NCBI GenBank assembly: GCA_023140385.1
Contig: JAGLLT010000005.1
Span: forward strand, 1-34,877
Reading direction: 5' to 3'
From: Candidatus Omnitrophota bacterium
GTDB taxonomy: Bacteria > Omnitrophota > Gorgyraeia > JAGLLT01
Length of the DNA: 34,877 nucleotides
Shown here: positions 19,003 through 27,373 of the stretch, piece by piece
How positions within the stretch are numbered: the first letter of the stretch is position 1
How the letters are laid out: every line of letters starts with the position of its first letter
The notes under the pieces: generated by a model
The model's input: the letters and a program-made list of their open reading frames with translations, nothing else
Database searches by the model: none
What the model was told of the DNA's origin: nothing
Position numbers and translations under genes: made by a program

Positions 19003-20490
19003 TTAATCTTTTATAATTAATATATTTTGCCGTGAAAGATTGGCAAGCATAGCGTTTTTAGCCAACTCAAGCTCTATTTTAGAAACCCGGTATTCAAAGT
19101 AAGTCAGGGCAAGATTTAACTGGGCGCTTAGTAAATCATTTTGAAATCTTATTAGCGTATCGGAGTTTGAACGGCCGTACATAACCCGCTTATGCTCTTC
19201 ATCGAGTTTTGCCTGTTCAAGCTTAACAACCTTGCTCCATTTTTCTATTTTCTCGGCGTCAAGATTAACTCCTCTTACTTTATTATCCAATTCACTTACA
19301 ATAGTAAGCTCCAACTTTTTAAGGCTGATGAGCGCCTTTTTCTTTAATAGCCGGGCTTTTTTATATTGAGATCCGGCCTTTCTGTTTTCAAGGGGCAGGC
19401 TGATATTAACCCCGAAATAATAATCGGAGTTGTTCTCATCAAATACATCCCTGATTGCCTCGCGGCCGTCCGTATCAATACCGTTTCTTTTAAAGGAGGC
19501 AACTAAATCTATCTCCGGCCAGAGGTTATTCTTTTTTACAGCCACCTCTATCTCTTGCGCTTCTACCTTTTTAACGGCTGCCAGATAGTCGCGCCTTGAG
19601 TTTATTGCCTGCTTCATATTAGGTATCAACTCCACCTTTTGGGGCAATATCTCAATGGCATCCCGGGGCGTAAAAGAAGAGGCGAAATTTATGTTCAGGC
19701 TTAGCTTAAGAAGGTTTGAGGCGCTAAGTACCTCATTTTCAGCCACCCGGAGATCAATTTTCCGGATATTCACATTGGCTTTACTGGCAAAAAGGTCGGG
19801 TTTTTCAGATATTCCGCGAGAGAAGCGGTCGCTGTAAACTTCATATAAAAACTCCGCCTTATCAAGCATCCGCTTTTTTAGTTCCACAACCCGACAGCTG
19901 AAAACGATACTCCAGTACTCTATCTCAGCTTGAGCAAGAGCCTGTTCAATTTTATTTAGGCTCAGGAGGTCTGCCTGCTCGACATTTAACTTTGCGGCTT
20001 CTACATCGCCGCGGTCAGCCAAACCAAAAAAGTTCTTTCCCACAGGCTGACTCACAGTTAAAGCTATCGCCGATTCATGAGATGGATTGAGAGTTACAAA
20101 GGCGGAGTTTACGGAGCTTCTCTTGTTCGTAAAGTCAAGACCGACTGATGTTCCGCTTCCAAATTTTTTCGAAACGCCAAAATTATAGTTGGCGGTGTGA
20201 GACTCGCCGCCCAGAAAAGATGAGGCCGCTTTCAATGAATTGTCCTCATAATCAGCTCCCGCGGAAATTATAGCATCAAAGACACTCTTGGCGTCATCCA
20301 CATCCGTATATATATATTCCGCGTCAATTCTGGCTAGTTTAATATCAAGGTTGTTTTCTACAGCAAGACGCATAACCTCATCGCGGCCTAAACTGATAGC
20401 CGGCTCTTTCGCTTCAAGCCGGCAGGCGCATAAAACCGAACTCGCTAAATATAAAACTGTAAGGATAAAAAAGGCTTTTGTAATTTTCAT
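19003..20490 (-). CDS. TolC-family outer membrane factor
   Basis: Signal peptide, LAVENNLDIKLA, WPEIDLVASF, GVNISLPLENR, long coiled-coil helices; upstream of the RND gene. Confidence 0.92.
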   Translation of the reverse strand: MKITKAFFILTVLYLASSVLCACRLEAKEPAISLGRDEVMRLAVENNLDIKLARIDAEYIYTDVDDAKSVFDAIISAGADYEDNSLKAASSFLGGESHTANYNFGVSKKFGSGTSVGLDFTNKRSSVNSAFVTLNPSHESAIALTVSQPVGKNFFGLADRGDVEAAKLNVEQADLLSLNKIEQALAQAEIEYWSIVFSCRVVELKKRMLDKAEFLYEVYSDRFSRGISEKPDLFASKANVNIRKIDLRVAENEVLSASNLLKLSLNINFASSFTPRDAIEILPQKVELIPNMKQAINSRRDYLAAVKKVEAQEIEVAVKKNNLWPEIDLVASFKRNGIDTDGREAIRDVFDENNSDYYFGVNISLPLENRKAGSQYKKARLLKKKALISLKKLELTIVSELDNKVRGVNLDAEKIEKWSKVVKLEQAKLDEEHKRVMYGRSNSDTLIRFQNDLLSAQLNLALTYFEYRVSKIELELAKNAMLANLSRQNILIIKD

Positions 20491-20526
20491 TTTTCAAGTT
20501 AACCTGTTTAAAAAACACTGGGTTTC

Positions 20527-20964
20527 TTATGCTTTTTTATCATCAATAATTTTAACCAGTTTCCTCAAAATCCTGATATACGAACCGCGTTCCTTCTCTG
20601 ATAATCCCAGCGCGAGCCCTTCCCATTTTTTCCTTACTATCTCGATAATAACGATTACCGCCTTTTCTCCCTTGACGGTTAACTTAACAATTACCTCTCT
20701 TCTGTCGTTTTTACCGCGCTGCCGGCTGACATATCCGTTCTTTTTCAGGCGTTCGATAACACCGGTCATAGTCGGCACGGAAACCCCCTTTTCCCTAGCC
20801 AACACACTGATTGTACAGGCCTTAAGATCGCCCAATGTAATAAGAATAACAACCTGCGAAGCCGATAAGTTCAGGCGCGATAGCTTTCGGTCCTTAAGGC
20901 TGCGCATCAGCTTCATATACAAGAATACCATCTCCTGAGCTACCTGTTTAACGTTAGAATTCAT
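20527..20964 (-). CDS. MarR-family transcriptional regulator
   Basis: LSASQVVILITL, TISVLAREKGVSVPTMTGVIERL, DRREVIVKLTVKG. Confidence 0.95.
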   Translation of the reverse strand: MNSNVKQVAQEMVFLYMKLMRSLKDRKLSRLNLSASQVVILITLGDLKACTISVLAREKGVSVPTMTGVIERLKKNGYVSRQRGKNDRREVIVKLTVKGEKAVIVIIEIVRKKWEGLALGLSEKERGSYIRILRKLVKIIDDKKA

Positions 20965-20977
20965 TTGTCTCTCCTAA

Positions 20978-21022
20978 TAGTTAGCTTAACTAAATATTAG
21001 CATACCTTATTGTTTTTGTCAA
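20978..21022 (-). promoter_or_regulatory. marR promoter with palindromic operator candidate
   Basis: TTGACA (21022-21017)-17 nt-TAATAT (20999-20994) with TGn extension; TAGTTA-GCT-TAACTA inverted repeat at 20978-20992 over the predicted transcription start. Confidence 0.7.
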
Positions 21023-21047
21023 GGTTTGGCGCGAAATTTTATTTCTC

Positions 21048-21076
21048 TTGAATTTCAACGGGCTTTAATGGATAAT
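21048..21076 (+). promoter_or_regulatory. Putative sigma70 promoter of the MATE-helicase unit
   Basis: TTGAAT-17 nt-GATAAT, 11 nt before the ATG; no SD. Confidence 0.45.
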
Positions 21077-21087
21077 AGAGCCTGATT

Positions 21088-22449
21088 ATGAGAAAAATAA
21101 ATACCGATAGATTAATCAATGGTAGTATATCAAAAAGTATATTTATCCTAACCCTGCCTCTACTGGTGCGGGCCGGGCTCCAATCCACCCAGACTATCAT
21201 TGACATCTTCTGGGTGGGCAAGCTGGGGCCCGCCTCAATCGCGGCCGTAGCTATGGCCGCCACCGTCATTATGGCCTTTTTCCCTCTTTTAATAGGCATA
21301 GGTACGGGAGCCGCCGCTTTGGTCTCTCGGGCAATAGGCGCCAAAAATCAAGAGGCGGCGGATAATACGGCTACTCAGTCAATAATCATTGCCTTTCTTA
21401 CCGCTCTTTTTCTATGTATAGTCGGCCTAATTTTTTCAAAACCCCTACTCGTGCTTCTTCAGGCAAAAGGTACTGTCCTAACAGAGGGGCATCTTTATTT
21501 AAAAATTATATTTTTGGGCGGCATCACGACCACTCTTCTTTTTTTAGGCAGCGCTATTTTACAGGGCGCCGGAGATACCCTTGTTCCTATGTGTATCATG
21601 GGTTTCTGCGTCCTGGCTAATATTGTTCTTGACCCCATTTTAATCTTTGGCCATTTTGGTGTACCCAAGCTCGGTGTAAGCGGAGCGGCTCTGGCCACCA
21701 TTATAGCTGACGCTCTGGGAGCAATTATTCTTCTGCATATTCTTTTTAAAGGCAGGTCGCATATCCATATAAGATTTGACAAGTTTAAGATAAACACGGC
21801 TGTAATGTGGCAAATTATGAAGATAGGTATTCCGTCATCCGTCCAGATGTTTTTCAGAAACCTGATGGGTATGCTCCTGATGGGTATTGTAGCCTCCTTT
21901 GGCACTTACGCGGTCGCCGCCTACGGCATAGGCATGCGGTTAAGAATGATAATTCTCCTGCCCGCCTTCTCTTTTGGAACGGCCGCGGCCACTCTGGTAG
22001 GTCAGAACCTGGGAGCGAAAAAACCCCAAAGAGCCCAAAAGTGCGCCTGGCAGGCGGCCTTAATCAACGCCTCTATTATGGCCTTTGTTGGCCTGATTTT
22101 CTTTATTTTTTCTGATAATATTATCGGAATTTTTAACAGCAATCAGGAAGTTATCACGGCGGGAGGACACTATCTGAGAATCACTTCTCTGTTCTTTCCG
22201 GCTATAGCTTTTGGTGTAGTTTTAGGCCGGTCTATGAGCGGAGCCGGAGACACTATAACTCCTATGGTTATAACAATTTTATGCCTATGCGGCATACAGA
22301 TACCTTTGGCTATAGGCCTGTCCCGTTTCAGCAGCCAGGGATTAAGCGGAATATGGTGGGCTATAGCCGCGGCTTCGTTAATTCAGGGTATTTTAGCTAT
22401 AATCTGGTTTAAGGCCGGCAGATGGAAAAAAAGAAAACTTAACTTTTAG
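21088..22449 (+). CDS. MATE family efflux transporter
   Basis: About 12 TM helices, IIDIFWVGKLG, LQGAGDT, NIVLDPILIFG, GVSGAALAT, VGQNLGA, GLSGIWWA. Confidence 0.96.
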   Translation: MRKINTDRLINGSISKSIFILTLPLLVRAGLQSTQTIIDIFWVGKLGPASIAAVAMAATVIMAFFPLLIGIGTGAAALVSRAIGAKNQEAADNTATQSIIIAFLTALFLCIVGLIFSKPLLVLLQAKGTVLTEGHLYLKIIFLGGITTTLLFLGSAILQGAGDTLVPMCIMGFCVLANIVLDPILIFGHFGVPKLGVSGAALATIIADALGAIILLHILFKGRSHIHIRFDKFKINTAVMWQIMKIGIPSSVQMFFRNLMGMLLMGIVASFGTYAVAAYGIGMRLRMIILLPAFSFGTAAATLVGQNLGAKKPQRAQKCAWQAALINASIMAFVGLIFFIFSDNIIGIFNSNQEVITAGGHYLRITSLFFPAIAFGVVLGRSMSGAGDTITPMVITILCLCGIQIPLAIGLSRFSSQGLSGIWWAIAAASLIQGILAIIWFKAGRWKKRKLNF

Positions 22450-22473
22450 AAAACAAGGTAAAAATACAAAATT

Positions 22474-24636
22474 ATGACTATTTATGATATATGCAAAAAA
22501 TACAAGGTTGACCTGAAAGTTGCTGAAGTCCTAAATAAACACGGCTACAACCAGCTCTATCCTCCTCAAGAAACCGTCCTTAATGCCGGCGCCTTAGAAG
22601 GAAAAAACCTTGTTCTCTCAATGCCTACCGCCAGTGGAAAAACACTTATAGCCGAGCTTTGTATGCTGCGCTCAATTTTAGAAAGCGGCGGCAAGTGCCT
22701 CTACGTGGTTCCGTTAAGGGCCCTGGCTAATGAAAAATATGAAAATCTAAAGGACAAATACTCATCGCTGGGTATTAAAATAGCTATAGCAACCGGCGAT
22801 TACGACACTCCTTCAAAATACCTGGCCTCTTATCATATAATTGTCGCGACTTCTGAAAAAGTGGACTCGCTTTTGCGGTTTAAGGCGCGCTGGCTTTCTG
22901 AAAGCCTGACGGTAGCTGTTTTTGATGAGATACACCTTTTGAATGACGCATCAAGAGGGCCGACATTGGAAGTTCTGATTGCCAGATTAAAACAATTTAA
23001 TCACGCCCTGCAAATAATCGGCCTGTCGGCCACCATAAAAAATGCCGGGCAAATCGCCAAGTGGCTTGAAGCTGAGTGCTTTATCAGTGATTGGCGTCCG
23101 GTTAGCTTAAAAGAGGGGGTTTACTTCAATGAAGCAGTCAGGTTTGAAGACGGTCAAATCAGGCCTTTAAAGCACATCTCCTCTACACCAATAAATTCCC
23201 TTTGCATGGATACGGTAAAAGAAAGCGGCCAGGTACTTGTCTTTGTCAATACCAGACGTTCCACTCAGGCTGAAGCCAGGCGTATCGCGCCTAATATCAG
23301 AGGCGTCCTGACAGAAAATGATAAAACAAAATTGGAGGTTATCTCAAAAAAAATCACCACCTCAAACCGGGAGCCGACAAAGGTATGCAAAGAGCTAAGT
23401 GAATGTGTAAAAAATGGCGTTGCCTTTCATCATGCCGGCCTTACTCATCAAGAAAGGAAACTGGTAGAAGATAACTTCAAAGGTAATATTATAAAGGTAA
23501 TCTGCTCTACGCCGACCCTTGCCGCCGGCGTTAATCTTCCGGCCAGGCGGGTAATAATCAGAGATTATAAGCGCTACGATGTCAGCCTGGGCGGCTCCCA
23601 CAGCATAGCCGTCTTTGAATATAAACAGATGCGCGGACGAGCCGGGCGCCCTAAATACGACACCATAGGAGAAGCAATAATTATAGCCAAGTCCGAGGAT
23701 GAGCAGGATGTTCTTTTTGATGAATTTATTCATGCCGAACCTGAGCCCATCATATCAAAGCTGGGCAGTGAAAACGCCCTATGCATGCACATACTTTCAT
23801 CCATCTCATCAGGTTATATATGCTCACATAATGGCCTGATGGACTTTTTAAGCCATACCTTCTTTTCTCAGCAGGAAGATCCTGATGAATTAGAGTATAT
23901 TATTGAGCGTATAATCGACTTTTTGGGCTGTGAGGAAATGATTGCCGTTTCTAATAACAAATACGAGCCAACTCCTTTTGGCAGCCTGATATCACGGCTT
24001 TACATCAAACCGCATTCAGGCTTACTGTTAAAAAAGGGCTTAGAAAATTCATCGCGTATTTATCCTTCCGCCATAAACCTCTTGCATCTTATTTGCGCCT
24101 GTCCGGATATGGGAAACCTAAGATTAAGCAAAAAAACTCAGGATGAGGTTGAGATGTTCTTCGGGTTAAACAACGAGGATTTGCTTCTGCCCTTTGGAGA
24201 GTACTTCTCGCGCTCCGACTACAGGGTCTATTTAGAAATGATTTTAACAACGTTGATGCTTAGCAATTGGATGGAAGAAACTAAAGAAGACGAGATATGC
24301 GATAAGTTCCCGGTCGGCCCCGGAGACATAAGAAGATATATTGAAACGGCCAAATGGCTTCTTTATTCTACGGAACAGCTTGCCCGCCTCCTTAAAATGG
24401 AAACAATTATACCACTGCTCCAAAAACTGCAGACGCGCGTAAGGTACGGTATCAAAGAAGAGCTTCTAAATCTGGTAAGCCTGAAGGAGATTGGGCGCGT
24501 CAGGGCGAGAAGTCTTTATAAAAATGGTATTAAGCAATTACGCGATGTAAAAGCGGCCAAAACTGAAACACTGATGAGGGCGGCCAACATCGGCAAAGTT
24601 ATAGCCGCTAACATAAAAAAACAGGTTGAAAAATAA
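22474..24636 (+). CDS. hel308: Ski2-like SF2 helicase, archaeal Hel308/Hjm type
   Basis: LYPPQ, PTASGKT, VPLRALANEK, TGDYD, DEIH...RGPTLE, GLSAT, SDWRPV, AFHHAGL, TPTLAAGVNLPA, QMRGRAGRP, YGIKEEL...IGRVRARSLY, terminal HhH. Confidence 0.9.
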   Translation: MTIYDICKKYKVDLKVAEVLNKHGYNQLYPPQETVLNAGALEGKNLVLSMPTASGKTLIAELCMLRSILESGGKCLYVVPLRALANEKYENLKDKYSSLGIKIAIATGDYDTPSKYLASYHIIVATSEKVDSLLRFKARWLSESLTVAVFDEIHLLNDASRGPTLEVLIARLKQFNHALQIIGLSATIKNAGQIAKWLEAECFISDWRPVSLKEGVYFNEAVRFEDGQIRPLKHISSTPINSLCMDTVKESGQVLVFVNTRRSTQAEARRIAPNIRGVLTENDKTKLEVISKKITTSNREPTKVCKELSECVKNGVAFHHAGLTHQERKLVEDNFKGNIIKVICSTPTLAAGVNLPARRVIIRDYKRYDVSLGGSHSIAVFEYKQMRGRAGRPKYDTIGEAIIIAKSEDEQDVLFDEFIHAEPEPIISKLGSENALCMHILSSISSGYICSHNGLMDFLSHTFFSQQEDPDELEYIIERIIDFLGCEEMIAVSNNKYEPTPFGSLISRLYIKPHSGLLLKKGLENSSRIYPSAINLLHLICACPDMGNLRLSKKTQDEVEMFFGLNNEDLLLPFGEYFSRSDYRVYLEMILTTLMLSNWMEETKEDEICDKFPVGPGDIRRYIETAKWLLYSTEQLARLLKMETIIPLLQKLQTRVRYGIKEELLNLVSLKEIGRVRARSLYKNGIKQLRDVKAAKTETLMRAANIGKVIAANIKKQVEK

Positions 24637-24637
24637 G

Positions 24638-24997
24638 CTATAGAAACTTCCAGAAGGTAATTCCCAGGACAACTAATAGCGCGGCAAAAAAGCGCAGGTA
24701 TGCTTTTGGCATATTGCCTATCAAATCGTCAAATTTGGCGCCGGCCTTTTGATTAACAAATAAAAAAAGCTTAACGGCCATAATAATCCCCGCGGTAGTC
24801 AGCACCTTTAACCATATACCTTGTGCCTTAAAAAACAAGCTAAGGCCAAAGCTTCCCGCGAATAAAAGCAGAAAAATCAGGGTTTTAAACCGCTTCTTCC
24901 TCGCCTTCTTTCTGAAAAAACCCTGAATAAATCCCGGATACAATAAGCCCACAAACCCAATCAGAATCCAGAATATACCAATAATTTTATTAATCAC
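24638..24997 (-). CDS. Small hypothetical membrane protein (about 4 TM)
   Basis: Hydrophobic helices separated by a basic loop; convergent with the helicase, stops 1 nt apart. Confidence 0.7.
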   Translation of the reverse strand: MINKIIGIFWILIGFVGLLYPGFIQGFFRKKARKKRFKTLIFLLLFAGSFGLSLFFKAQGIWLKVLTTAGIIMAVKLFLFVNQKAGAKFDDLIGNMPKAYLRFFAALLVVLGITFWKFL

Positions 24998-25122
24998 AAT
25001 TAAAATACTTACCGATTAATAAGTTTAAAATTTAAAGCGAAAAACTTAAAACCATAGCTAAAAATTCAAAATTTTTTATCTTTTTACTTTTACGTTATAG
25101 TTTTACGCTTTTAGTTTTCTTG

Positions 25123-27171
25123 TCATTCAATCGCGTGCTGAGTCCAATTCGTCCAGTCTATGCTTTTCTCCCAGTTGGAGTCCTTCATAGGGGTAATAAT
25201 AATATCTATGGGTGCTGAAAAAACATCCCCGCAATTAAAGACGCACTCAAGATTTGTCCCATCGGTAAGTGAAAAGTAACCAACTTTCAGCATATCCCTT
25301 ATATCATTAAAAGTGTACTCATCGGCAATTGCAGCGCCGCTGTTATTAATTACGAAAAAGTCGGCTACCAGATTATGGCTGCCGCTGATACTGATTATAA
25401 AACCGTCGGTAGTCGTGCTGGTTGCCGCGTAACAAGCTGTGATAGTGTTAAACTCAACCGTACCATTAACCTTAAGTTCGTAACCGGATACCTGCTGTCT
25501 CCAATCGGCATCATATACTCTGTCGGCAAAAAACACCGTTTCTTCTATGGAATCATCATTGTGAGCCAGGTCAATTTCCATCTTCGTAGGATAGGCAAGC
25601 TTTGAGTTACTCTCCCCCACCTGATAATAAGTAGTATCAGTACTGGTTATTTTATAGGTTCCGCTATCATCAAAAACATTCAGGTAATCACTCCAGGGGA
25701 GTTCATTTACCTCATCTCCTTCAATATCACGGTTAAAGGTGGTAAGCCAGCTAAGGGTCGTTAGCCCTTCCCTGCTCTGGTTGGAAGCGTCGTTGGTTCT
25801 TAAATTAATATCTAATATCTGGATTTTTTTTGAATTTGGGCGCAAAATATACTGCTCAACCCTCACGCGGTTGCCCTCTCTGTCAGTCATCACCTTGTGC
25901 ATCTGGGCATCGGCGCGCTGGGTAAGACGAGCGTCCATATCGCGCCAGTACATATCGGTAGTATGCTGGGCTATATCATCCCTTAAGCTGCCGATTTCTA
26001 TTAAGTTGAGTATCTTCTGCCTTATCTCATGGCGGGAACCATAGCCTTTTACAGAACTGTCATCGTGAATAACAGCGTCACTTATAAAGGCATCCTCGTT
26101 ATTCCTTATACCGTCGCCGTCAGAGTCGGCGTAGTCATAATAGTCTCTGGGGTATGTATCGGCCGTGTTAAGATATCCGTCGCCGTCAATATCACTGTCA
26201 AATTCGTCATCTATGCCGTCGCCGTCAAGGTCATTACCGGAGGCGCGGCTTGAGTCATTAGGATACAAATCATCACTGTCTAAAACACCGTCGCCGTCCG
26301 AGTCAAGAAGGCTATCCTGTCTTCTTTTCTCGGCGCCCTGGCTATCCTGATCGCTCTCTTTATCGAGCACCGCGTCTTCCTGAGAATCATCCAAATTATC
26401 ACCAATATTATCAGTATCACCGGTTACATTATTGTCGCCTTTAGAAGAAGATCCTTCAGCGGGGGGATTATTGCCCATCATAGTTCCGACTGACTTTTTC
26501 CAACTCTTCCATTTATTTTTTTCCTGAGAGCTCAACTTTCTGTCCGGCCCGACAAAATCACGGCCTATCACTTTTTTAAAGCCCTCCTTGATCACATACT
26601 CATCACCGGACGGCTTTCCATCTTTGCCGGTTTGCTGAAAATAAATGTTGTGCTCAAAGCAGGAAGCCGTTGTAACGGGATTATGCTTAACACTAAAACC
26701 CGTACCCTTTGAACCGCAGATTGCCGTTGGCGTACGGACTTCAAACTTAGAACCCCCTTTAAAGCCCTCCAGGATACAAAACAGCTTTCCTTTGTCAAGC
26801 CCGAACTCTGTCCGCGCCGGTTCTATTTTGTTCATAGTAACAACCGTATCAGCGTCCACTTTTAGTACACCTTTTAAATCAGGTTCATTTTTACAGCTAA
26901 TGAGAAGCTCGGCGTAAGAGTTCTTTTTGCCGGTCTTTAACATATCTCCTTCAGACAACTCTCTGCCAACTTCCGCCGCCCGCCATAATTTTGCGCCATC
27001 CCGCTGAAATAAAACCTTGCCTTTAAGCCGGATGATTATAACTTTTTTATCAGCTGACAACAGTTGTCTTTGAGCTTCCGCGTAAGATAAATTAGTTAAG
27101 CAGACGGTTGTTGCCGAATAGACGGCCAGGGCAATAACAGCCAAAAGGGCTATTCTCTTTACCATGGTCAT
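25123..27171 (-). CDS. Secreted FecR-domain protein with thrombospondin type-3-like Ca-binding repeats (paralog A)
   Basis: Signal peptide; LSEGDMLKTG...FEVRTPTAICGSKGTGF (FecR-like); acidic linker; DSDGDG/DLDGDG/DIDGDG repeats; unassigned C-terminal domain. Confidence 0.85.
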   Translation of the reverse strand: MTMVKRIALLAVIALAVYSATTVCLTNLSYAEAQRQLLSADKKVIIIRLKGKVLFQRDGAKLWRAAEVGRELSEGDMLKTGKKNSYAELLISCKNEPDLKGVLKVDADTVVTMNKIEPARTEFGLDKGKLFCILEGFKGGSKFEVRTPTAICGSKGTGFSVKHNPVTTASCFEHNIYFQQTGKDGKPSGDEYVIKEGFKKVIGRDFVGPDRKLSSQEKNKWKSWKKSVGTMMGNNPPAEGSSSKGDNNVTGDTDNIGDNLDDSQEDAVLDKESDQDSQGAEKRRQDSLLDSDGDGVLDSDDLYPNDSSRASGNDLDGDGIDDEFDSDIDGDGYLNTADTYPRDYYDYADSDGDGIRNNEDAFISDAVIHDDSSVKGYGSRHEIRQKILNLIEIGSLRDDIAQHTTDMYWRDMDARLTQRADAQMHKVMTDREGNRVRVEQYILRPNSKKIQILDINLRTNDASNQSREGLTTLSWLTTFNRDIEGDEVNELPWSDYLNVFDDSGTYKITSTDTTYYQVGESNSKLAYPTKMEIDLAHNDDSIEETVFFADRVYDADWRQQVSGYELKVNGTVEFNTITACYAATSTTTDGFIISISGSHNLVADFFVINNSGAAIADEYTFNDIRDMLKVGYFSLTDGTNLECVFNCGDVFSAPIDIIITPMKDSNWEKSIDWTNWTQHAIE

Positions 27172-27223
27172 TTTTATTCCTCGTGTATAACAAAGCCTTA
27201 AAGTAATATATATCTTTTGAGAA

Positions 27224-27252
27224 AGTATACTTGAAATAAGATGTTATGTCAA
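27224..27252 (-). promoter_or_regulatory. sigma70 promoter of paralog A
   Basis: TTGACA-17 nt-TATACT on the minus strand. Confidence 0.75.
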
Positions 27253-27321
27253 GAACATCGCCGTTAAACATGGCTAACCCCCGAGGCTGGCCAAAGGCGG
27301 TTATTCGCGGGATTAAGACAC

Positions 27322-27362
27322 AAAAAAACCCGCACTGCGTATATATAAGTGCGGGTTTTTTT
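27322..27362 (-). terminator. Intrinsic terminator after paralog B
   Basis: AAAAAAACCCGCACT-11 nt-AGTGCGGGTTTTTTT, 11 nt past the stop. Confidence 0.88.
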
Positions 27363-27373
27363 AAATTATACTT

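Noticed and set aside
20288..20938. 216-aa plus-strand ORF and the other antisense ORFs in the track
   Set aside because: Shadows of well-supported opposite-strand genes, with no motifs or RBS.
27261..27316. GC-rich patch with TAACC...GGTTA arms
   Set aside because: Pairing is weak and no second copy exists in the window; possibly a decayed repeat but unsupported.
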